Of a stretch of DNA of 64,000 nt, positions 57,234 through 64,000 are shown piece after piece (positions within the stretch are counted from its first letter, which is position 1; every line of letters starts with the position of its first letter). The position numbers were made by a program, and so were the translations under genes. The DNA is from Candidatus Daviesbacteria bacterium (GTDB lineage: Bacteria > Patescibacteriota > Microgenomatia > Daviesbacterales > UBA10151): contig CP066688.1 in NCBI GenBank assembly GCA_016432425.1, forward strand, positions 212,368 to 276,367. Direction: 5' to 3'. The notes below the pieces were generated by a model. That model made no database searches and was not told where the DNA came from. It saw nothing but the letters and a program-made list of their open reading frames with translations.

Positions 57234-57665
57234 TTACTTACCTTCCTTTCTTGTTTTCCTCGCTCGGGGTCCTGCTCCGCCAGCTGACGGATCACCCCTC
57301 GCTGCTTTTTTAGAAGGAATTTCTTGATTAACTTTTTTTTCATCACTTAATACTATCTTTATATGGCTCATTCTTCTGGCATATGGTTTGGCCCGGCCTT
57401 TAGTTCCGGCTCTAAATCTTTTCATCACAGGAGCTCCGTTTACCTCAATTGACTTAAAATAAATCACCTCATCAACTAAACCTTTTTGACTGGCATTAGC
57501 TAAAGCTGTTTGAATTGCAGCGACCAAATCTTTAGCGCCATAATTTTGAGTAAAGTTCAAAATTTCAATTGCTTTATTTGGCTTTGCTTTGCGAACCATA
57601 TCAACCACCAACCGCAATTTGCGGGGGCTTCTATGTATATATTTTTGTATATGTATTGTTTCCAT
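57234..57665 (-). CDS. rplV: 50S ribosomal protein L22 with C-terminal extension
   Basis: SPRKLRLV, ANA, SHIKI. Confidence 0.96.
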   Translation of the reverse strand: METIHIQKYIHRSPRKLRLVVDMVRKAKPNKAIEILNFTQNYGAKDLVAAIQTALANASQKGLVDEVIYFKSIEVNGAPVMKRFRAGTKGRAKPYARRMSHIKIVLSDEKKVNQEIPSKKAARGDPSAGGAGPRARKTRKEGK

Positions 57666-57949
57666 TATGTTTTCTCCATTGTTCTTTTGGTGACAGTTCC
57701 ATGTCCTTTAAAAGTTCTAGTGGGGGCAAATTCACCCAAACGGTGTCCCACCATAGATTCAGTTACATACACAGTTATAAAATTTTTACCTTGATGAACC
57801 AAAAAAGTTGAGCCCACAAATTCTGGTGGAATCTGAGAGCGTCTAGCCCAAGTTTTAATGGGAGCTTTGGCTCCATCATCTTTTTGTTTTAAGACTTTTT
57901 TCATTAATTTCTCATCAATGTATGGTCCTTTTTTAGATGATCTGGACAT
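57665..57949 (-). CDS. rpsS: 30S ribosomal protein S19
   Basis: [26 protein letters not shown]. Confidence 0.97.
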   Translation of the reverse strand: MSRSSKKGPYIDEKLMKKVLKQKDDGAKAPIKTWARRSQIPPEFVGSTFLVHQGKNFITVYVTESMVGHRLGEFAPTRTFKGHGTVTKRTMEKT

Positions 57950-58054
57950 TTCTACCAACCTCTACTTTCTGATTGACTTATGTTACCGAAATGTCCAATG
58001 TATATCTTTTTATTGTTAATTTTTATTCTTAAATCTTTAATCATAAATCTTAAA

Positions 58055-58804
58055 TCACTTTCTGCGTTTGACTATATATTTATTAGTCCATTTAGTTTTT
58101 TTTCTGGTCTTACCCACTGCTGGTTTACCATAAATGGTCATGGGTTTCTTCCGTCCAATTCCTGAACGGCCTTCCCCCCCACCATGAGGATGGGAATCAG
58201 GATCCATCGCTACTCCTCTAACCTTGGGCCTCCAGCCAAAATGGCGGCTGCGGCCGGCTTTACCAATAACTATACTGGAATGACCCTCATTCCCCAGCAT
58301 CCCCACTGTCGCCATGGATTTCAAAGATATCATTCTAACCTCTCCGCTGGCTAATTTCAAATGAGCAAAACCTGCTTCTTTGGCCAGAAGCTGCATTCCC
58401 ACTCCGGCAGAGCGGCCCAATTGTCCACCTTTACCCGGAATGAACTCCACATTATGGACAAAAGTTCCCACCGGAATACTGGCTAATTTCATGGCATTAC
58501 CGGTTTTAATCTCCACCTTTTCCCCAGAGGAAATTTTATCCCCCATTTTTAAATTTTTAGGGGCTAGGATATAGCGCCAATCGCCATCACTATATTTAAT
58601 TAAAGCAATATCCACGCTGCGGTTAGGGTCATATTCCATCCCCACCACTTCCCCCACCACATTAAATTTATCTCTTTTAAAATCAATTTCCCGGAAATAT
58701 CTTTTATGTCTCCCCCCTTGACCACGTACTGTTACCCGGCCCCGAGATCGGCCCGCATGTTTTTGCAAAATATTCCTCAAACTTTTTATAGTTACTGTTT
58801 CCAT
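58055..58804 (-). CDS. rplB: 50S ribosomal protein L2 (short N-terminus)
   Basis: [24 protein letters not shown]. Confidence 0.97.
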   Translation of the reverse strand: METVTIKSLRNILQKHAGRSRGRVTVRGQGGRHKRYFREIDFKRDKFNVVGEVVGMEYDPNRSVDIALIKYSDGDWRYILAPKNLKMGDKISSGEKVEIKTGNAMKLASIPVGTFVHNVEFIPGKGGQLGRSAGVGMQLLAKEAGFAHLKLASGEVRMISLKSMATVGMLGNEGHSSIVIGKAGRSRHFGWRPKVRGVAMDPDSHPHGGGEGRSGIGRKKPMTIYGKPAVGKTRKKTKWTNKYIVKRRK

Positions 58805-58816
58805 GATTGTAAGATC

Positions 58817-59245
58817 CTACGTCGGGATCACCTTTCTTTGAGTGGTGGGCGAGGCACCGGTGGCACTTTTCTCCACTCTCACCTTGGTACCTCTATTTAA
58901 AAATCCTTTTTTCTCTCTTAAAACTTGGGGCTCATTTTCTGCAGTAGTCACTGCTACCTCTTCTTGGGGAGTTTCAAACAAAGCAATTTTTTGGCCTTTT
59001 CTCACTAACACCATCGCCTTTTTAATATCCGGTAAACGGTAGTATTTCCTTTTACTTCGCTCCATTTTCTTTTGGCCGGGAATATTGACAGTTTTAACGG
59101 ACAAAACAGTAACTTTAAATTTATCGGCAACAATTTTTGCGATCGCTTTTTTTGTTGCATTTTTAGCCACTTCAAAAGTGTATAAACGTTTATCTGCTAA
59201 TTTCATTGATTTTTCAGTTACTTTTGGTTTTTGTAAAATAATCAT
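58817..59245 (-). CDS. rplW: 50S ribosomal protein L23 with C-terminal extension
   Basis: PKVTEKS, YTFEV, KKAMV. Confidence 0.93.
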   Translation of the reverse strand: MIILQKPKVTEKSMKLADKRLYTFEVAKNATKKAIAKIVADKFKVTVLSVKTVNIPGQKKMERSKRKYYRLPDIKKAMVLVRKGQKIALFETPQEEVAVTTAENEPQVLREKKGFLNRGTKVRVEKSATGASPTTQRKVIPT

Positions 59246-59940
59246 TTTCCTCCTAACTTACCTAAAGCATTTTTTTCAATTAACAGAATTTGGTGTTTTA
59301 AAATTTCGTAAGCGTTAAGTTGGTTCGCTGGCAAAACATTTATTTTTGGTAAATTATTAGTAGCCCGTACTACATTATTCAGTTTTTCGCTAGTCACAAT
59401 TAAAGCACTCCCAACTTTAATTTTTCCCAATAGTTTGGCCAACTGCTTAGTTTTACCGGAAGCTTTTTCTAAACCGGTCAGGCCCATTACCTCTTGATCT
59501 TTAGCTTTTGCTGACAGGGCTGAAAGCAAAGCCGCTTTTTTCATTTTTTTAGGTAATTCTAAATTTACCTTTCTTACGTTTGGTCCGAAAACCACCCCAC
59601 CACCCACAAAAATAGGTGCAGTTTTGGCTCCGTGTCGGGCCCGACCGGTTCCTTTTTGGCTCCAGGCTTTAGCCGTAGTACCTTTTACTTGTCCCCGGGT
59701 TTTAGTAGAAGCTAATATAATTTTTTGGTTAAAAGAATAAACTCGGGCAGCCTGAGCCAGTAATTTTTCATTAATTTTCCCTCCAAAAATTTCTTTTGGT
59801 AAAACCAATCTGCCACTAGCAAGCCCTGCTAGTGAATAAACTGGAATAGACATTTTGTCATTGCGAGTCCCGCCTCGGCGGGACGTGGCAATCTTGGTTG
59901 GCTTTTTATTTTGAACGGAAGTTTTTTTAACTCTTGGCAT
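59242..59940 (-). CDS. rplD: 50S ribosomal protein L4
   Basis: [25 protein letters not shown]; start MPRVK. Confidence 0.96.
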   Translation of the reverse strand: MPRVKKTSVQNKKPTKIATSRRGGTRNDKMSIPVYSLAGLASGRLVLPKEIFGGKINEKLLAQAARVYSFNQKIILASTKTRGQVKGTTAKAWSQKGTGRARHGAKTAPIFVGGGVVFGPNVRKVNLELPKKMKKAALLSALSAKAKDQEVMGLTGLEKASGKTKQLAKLLGKIKVGSALIVTSEKLNNVVRATNNLPKINVLPANQLNAYEILKHQILLIEKNALGKLGGK

Positions 59941-60760
59941 CTTCTGTTGCCTCCTCTTCTTTAGATATTTCAGAAGAAATCTGTGTATCAGTTTTGTCAG
60001 AATTATCAGACTCACTGGAATCCTGACCTTCTGGCTTTCTTAAGTTTTCAGAATTTTCTGAACTTTCCTCCTCTTCCTCAGGTTTTTCCTCTGGTGGAGG
60101 AGTATAACCTTTGATCCGACCTAGTTTAGTAATGGTGAGCAGTCCTCCGGTTGCCCCCGGCAGTCCCCCTTTAATAATTAATAAATTCTTTTCTTTGTCT
60201 AAACCAACGATTTCCAAATCTCTGACTGTCACAGTCTCCGCCCCCATGTGGCCGGCCATTCTTTTCCCTTTTAAAACTCTGCCCGGAGTGGTACCGGCAC
60301 CAATGGAACCAGGAGCCCGGTGGCGGTCAGATTGGCCGTGGGTTTTGGGCCCCCCATGGAAACCGTGTCTTTTGACCACTCCGGCAAATCCCTTACCCTT
60401 ACTCACCCCACTCACTTTAACTGCATCTCCAATTGAAAAAACCTGGTTCAGTTTAATCTCTGTTCCAGGCTGTATAGTCCCGAGCGTAGTCGAGGGATTC
60501 TCATTAATTCTTACTTCCCTAAACCATCTAATTTTTTGGTCAATTCCGGTCGCTTTGGCATGGCCAATTTGAGGTTTACGAACTGATCTTTTAATCCCAT
60601 ATCCTAACTGTATAGCGTTATATCCATCTTTTCCCTGACCACTTTTCATTTGTGTTATAACACTTGGTTTCATTTCCACCACAGTCGCCCCCACCCGTCT
60701 GCCGCGTGCATCATAAGTACTAGTCATATTCTTTTTAACCCCAAGTAATGTATTTAACAT
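59927..60760 (-). CDS. rplC: 50S ribosomal protein L3 with acidic C-terminal tail
   Basis: DGYNAIQ, SKGKGFAG, RAPGSIG, MAGHMG; start MLNTL. Confidence 0.97.
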   Translation of the reverse strand: MLNTLLGVKKNMTSTYDARGRRVGATVVEMKPSVITQMKSGQGKDGYNAIQLGYGIKRSVRKPQIGHAKATGIDQKIRWFREVRINENPSTTLGTIQPGTEIKLNQVFSIGDAVKVSGVSKGKGFAGVVKRHGFHGGPKTHGQSDRHRAPGSIGAGTTPGRVLKGKRMAGHMGAETVTVRDLEIVGLDKEKNLLIIKGGLPGATGGLLTITKLGRIKGYTPPPEEKPEEEEESSENSENLRKPEGQDSSESDNSDKTDTQISSEISKEEEATEDAKS

Positions 60761-60937
60761 ATTTTTGCCAACAAAAAGAGTGAGGCCCATTGCTGGAACA
60801 CTCACTCAGTATTTCGCTTTTCAATCGCCGTATCCTTACGACGCGCGATCTACTGGTATTTATTAAACTAAAATATTAAGTTTTTACCATTTGCATGGTC
60901 TAAAAAGAATTTTAACAGGGTTTAGGCTTAAATGCAA
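60761..60937 (-). promoter_or_regulatory. rplC promoter and structured leader with terminator-like hairpin
   Basis: TTGCAT-17-(TGn)TAAAAT at 60937-60909; hairpin GAGTGAG...GCAA...CTCACTC-TTTTT at 60807-60773. Confidence 0.7.
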
Positions 60938-60984
60938 GCAAAAGGAGAAGGCTACTTTTTAATTACACCTTCTTGTTCCATAAT

Positions 60985-61293
60985 TTACATTTTAACTTCT
61001 ATGTCGACACCAGCGGGCACCTCCATATGCATTAAAGAATCAATCGTCTTATCCGTAGGTTCTACAATATCAATTAATCTTTTGTGAGTTTTTATTTCAA
61101 AAGCTTCCCTGGCATCTTTGTCAGTATGGGGAGAAGTATTAACGGTAATTCTTTCAATTTTAGTAGGTAAGGGGATGGGGCCAACAATTTTGGCTCCAGT
61201 TCTAAGGGCTGTATCCAATAGGGACTCACAGGTACTATCCAGTACCCGATGGTCATAAGATTTTAAACGAATTCTTATTCTTCCTCTTGGCAT
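60985..61293 (-). CDS. rpsJ: 30S ribosomal protein S10
   Basis: [23 protein letters not shown]. Confidence 0.98.
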   Translation of the reverse strand: MPRGRIRIRLKSYDHRVLDSTCESLLDTALRTGAKIVGPIPLPTKIERITVNTSPHTDKDAREAFEIKTHKRLIDIVEPTDKTIDSLMHMEVPAGVDIEVKM

Positions 61294-61336
61294 AATATTC
61301 CCCTTTTAACGTGCGTTTATTTTAACATAAACCAAC

Positions 61337-61355
61337 AAAAAGGGCCTTACGGCCC
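61337..61355 (-). terminator. Rho-independent terminator after tuf
   Basis: GGGCC-GTAA-GGCCC-TTTTT on the minus strand. Confidence 0.8.
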
Positions 61356-61373
61356 CATTCGATCCACTCTCTT

Positions 61374-62558
61374 TTAAGCTATGATCTTAGTAATAACTCC
61401 AGCTCCAACAGTTTTTCCACCCTCGCGGATAGCAAACCGCAATCCCTCTTCCATGGCTACCGGGGTAATTAATTTTACTGTTACTTTCACCGTATCCCCC
61501 GGCATGGCCATTTCCATACCTTCCGGAAGTTGCACTTCCCCAGTCACGTCAGTGGTTCTGATATAAAATTGTGGTCGGTAACCTTTAAAGAATGGGGTAT
61601 GTCTACCGCCCTCTTCTTTGCTTAAAATATAAACTTCTGCTTCAAACTCACTATGGGGAGTAATAGAACCTGGTTTGGCTAGTACTTGACCCCGTTCCAC
61701 ATCATCTTTTTCAATTCCTCGCAAAAGGATTCCGGCGTTATCTCCGGCTTCTCCTTGATCCAACATTTTGTGGAACATTTCAATTCCGGTAACCACTGAT
61801 TTTTTAGTTGGTCTAATTCCTACAATCTCAATTTCCTCATTAACTTTTACTGTACCTCTTTCAATTCTGCCGGTGACCACAGTTCCCCGACCTTTGATGG
61901 AAAAGACATCCTCTACTGCCATTAAAAATGCTTTATCAGTATCCCGGGTGGGGGTGGGGATCCATTCATCTACTTTAGCCATCAGCTCTTCAATTGATTT
62001 AACAGCTTCCGGGTCTCCCTCTAAAGCTTTTTTGGCGCTGCCGCGGATAATGGGACTTTGGGGGTCGTATTCATATTTTTTAAGCAAGTCCCTCACTTCT
62101 TCCTCTACCAAATCCAACAGTTCCGGATCATCTACCATGTCAGTTTTGTTAAGATACACAACGATAGCCGGCACTCCCACTTGGCGAGCCAGCAACAAAT
62201 GTTCTCTAGTTTGAGGCATGGGACCGTCCGGAGCAGACACTACCAAAATTGCTCCGTCAGTTTGAGCAGCCCCGGTGATCATGTTTTTGATATAGTCAGC
62301 ATGACCTGGCATGTCAATGTGAGCATAATGCCTGTTTTCAGTTTCGTATTCTTGGTGGGAAATGTTAATGGTAATACCACGCTGTTTTTCTTCTGGGGCA
62401 TTGTCAATTTGGTCAACTGAGCGGGCCTCGGCCATACCTTTGTCTGATAAGACTTTAGTAATAGCCGCAGTCAAGGTAGTTTTACCGTGGTCCACATGGC
62501 CCATGGTACCAATATTGACGTGTGGTTTAGTTCTTTCGTACTTTTTTGCGTCTGCCAT
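61374..62558 (-). CDS. tuf: Elongation factor Tu
   Basis: [31 protein letters not shown]. Confidence 0.99.
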   Translation of the reverse strand: MADAKKYERTKPHVNIGTMGHVDHGKTTLTAAITKVLSDKGMAEARSVDQIDNAPEEKQRGITINISHQEYETENRHYAHIDMPGHADYIKNMITGAAQTDGAILVVSAPDGPMPQTREHLLLARQVGVPAIVVYLNKTDMVDDPELLDLVEEEVRDLLKKYEYDPQSPIIRGSAKKALEGDPEAVKSIEELMAKVDEWIPTPTRDTDKAFLMAVEDVFSIKGRGTVVTGRIERGTVKVNEEIEIVGIRPTKKSVVTGIEMFHKMLDQGEAGDNAGILLRGIEKDDVERGQVLAKPGSITPHSEFEAEVYILSKEEGGRHTPFFKGYRPQFYIRTTDVTGEVQLPEGMEMAMPGDTVKVTVKLITPVAMEEGLRFAIREGGKTVGAGVITKIIA

Positions 62559-62684
62559 AAATAAATTTTGCCTTAAAAAATCAGCTTTGTCTACCCTGAG
62601 TTTATCGCAGGGTTAAGCTGAATAACAGTAAATATACTAAAGATAGCGCCAAAATGCAAGGGGGAATTAAAAAGGCAAATCTTC

Positions 62685-63503
62685 CTAAGGAATTAACCTA
62701 CTCAAAATTTTGCCCAAGAGGGACTCCGTGCTTTCTACCACCTGGCCATTTTCTGCTGAGACAAAAACTTCTACTGGAGTTTTAACTGGAATTAACCCTA
62801 ATAATTTATGTGTTTTTGTACCTTTAACTTTATAACCCAAGACCCCATTTTCTGTTTCCAGTTTGACCAAGCTGGGGACACTGCCTAAGTTGTTTTCTAC
62901 TTTTTCAGAAACTACATCGTCCATGATTTTGGCAGCCAGCATATTATCAATGGCCTGTTGAGGTAAAACTGCCACCACTTTAGACCCGGCCGGAGTGGTT
63001 ACGGTTAACTGGCGGGTAGTGGGGTCAACGGATAAAGGAAAGTTCAATAGTGCCCCCACTCTTTTGTGGACCAAGGCAATCTGGCCGGGGGCGGTGGCAA
63101 TATTAATATCCTCCCTTTCCAGTTCATTTTCCATTTCCTCTATCGCTTCATCTTCTGCCTCATCCTCCAGTTCTACTTCCTTTTCTGCTTCTTTAACTTT
63201 GGTCTCTATTTTAACTTTGTCATTTTTTACTTCAAATTTAATCCTTAAATTCCCCTCCCTAATTTCACTTTTAATTTTCTCCGGGGTTGTTTTAGTCTCC
63301 GCTCTGGAAGTTTCTTTAACTTCTTTAGTTTCCACTTTAACTGAATCATCCCCACCCTTGGCTAAAGACACTCCAGAGACATCAGATTTCCCATTATTGT
63401 AATGTCTATTAACAGGAATGAGCGAGGAAACAAATAGGGCTCCTGATAAACCCACTACTAAAACTAATAAATGAACAAAACCGCTTTCTTTCGAGGAGGA
63501 CAT
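62685..63503 (-). CDS. Hypothetical exported protein with E/K-rich repeats
   Basis: N-terminal GF + TM, ETK/EVK repeats, C-terminal KLLGLIPV...VSAENGQV. Confidence 0.8.
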   Translation of the reverse strand: MSSSKESGFVHLLVLVVGLSGALFVSSLIPVNRHYNNGKSDVSGVSLAKGGDDSVKVETKEVKETSRAETKTTPEKIKSEIREGNLRIKFEVKNDKVKIETKVKEAEKEVELEDEAEDEAIEEMENELEREDINIATAPGQIALVHKRVGALLNFPLSVDPTTRQLTVTTPAGSKVVAVLPQQAIDNMLAAKIMDDVVSEKVENNLGSVPSLVKLETENGVLGYKVKGTKTHKLLGLIPVKTPVEVFVSAENGQVVESTESLLGKILSRLIP

Positions 63504-63838
63504 TAATTTCAGCTTAAAATAAAGTTACTGATTTTGTCAATCATCATCATTTTAGGTATAAATTTTAACCAAAATATTCTCGATCGAGAAGAAAATGAAA
63601 ATATTTAGTAATTATACACCCTGTCACCAAATTTTCTGATGTCAAAACTGCTTCCACTCTTGGGGTGGAATAAAAGGACACCTTAAGAGGACACCTGCGG
63701 ATATTTTACCAACCTTGAGCCTAAAAAAGATAAAGAAAGATTGTAACAAAATATTCAAAATGTTTACGATCGGAAACAAAATGCCACAATTTTGAATGCA
63801 CAAACCCGGTTTGGTAATTCGAATTCGATTTGTCAAAT

Positions 63839-64000
63839 TTAATGTTCCACCCTGCCTGTAAAGCCAGAGGTTTCAATGATTTTTTGGGTAATATTATTAG
63901 GCACTGGTTCATAATGGTCTGCTTCCATGTAATAAGTGGCTCTACCTTGGGACATACTCCTTATGGCTGTGGCATACCCATGCATTTCTGCCAAAGGCAC
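63839..64000 (-). CDS. fusA: Elongation factor G, C-terminal end (partial)
   Basis: Manual translation [34 protein letters not shown] (domain V). Confidence 0.95.
   Translation of the reverse strand: MPLAEMHGYATAIRSMSQGRATYYMEADHYEPVPNNITQKIIETSGFTGRVEH

Noticed and set aside
63637-63639. In-frame TGA as a sign of genetic code 25 or selenocysteine
   Set aside because: TGA ends conserved genes here (for example rplE, rplN, rplP), and the surrounding frame looks decayed.

Overview
64-kb chromosomal segment of a Patescibacteria (CPR) bacterium, most likely Microgenomates. This is an inference from the absence of rpmD/uL30 in the spc operon, an N-terminally short uL2, a short archaeal-type AspRS, a compact RNase P RNA and code-11 stops. 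From left to right: a heavy-metal cluster (csoR, cupredoxin, copA, arsR, partial merA); wrbA and an MsrQ-like gene; non-oxidative pentose-phosphate genes; an AT-rich accessory island (~11.1-17.15 kb) at the 3' end of tRNA-Gln; housekeeping genes (gltX, aspS, recJ, cca, secDF, comM, rnpB, miaA, HU, rny, recX, recA, tRNA-Pro); and the ribosomal superoperon from rpsI to rpsJ, tuf and the 3' end of fusA. Five signals stand out. (1) A hairpin family (TGGAC...GTCCAAAA) sits between a Shine-Dalgarno sequence and the start codon of three ribosomal-protein genes and gives uL29 and uS17 a near-identical C-terminal tail. (2) A two-gene wHTH + HEPN/Abi_C-like operon and an orphan gluzincin in the tRNA island are candidate anti-phage systems. 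(3) An SD-led mini-ORF MCPSCG lies in frame just upstream of merA. (4) An attenuator-like structured leader precedes rplC. (5) Many small palindromes are read in frame inside conserved genes. All calls come from reading motifs by eye; no database searches were run.
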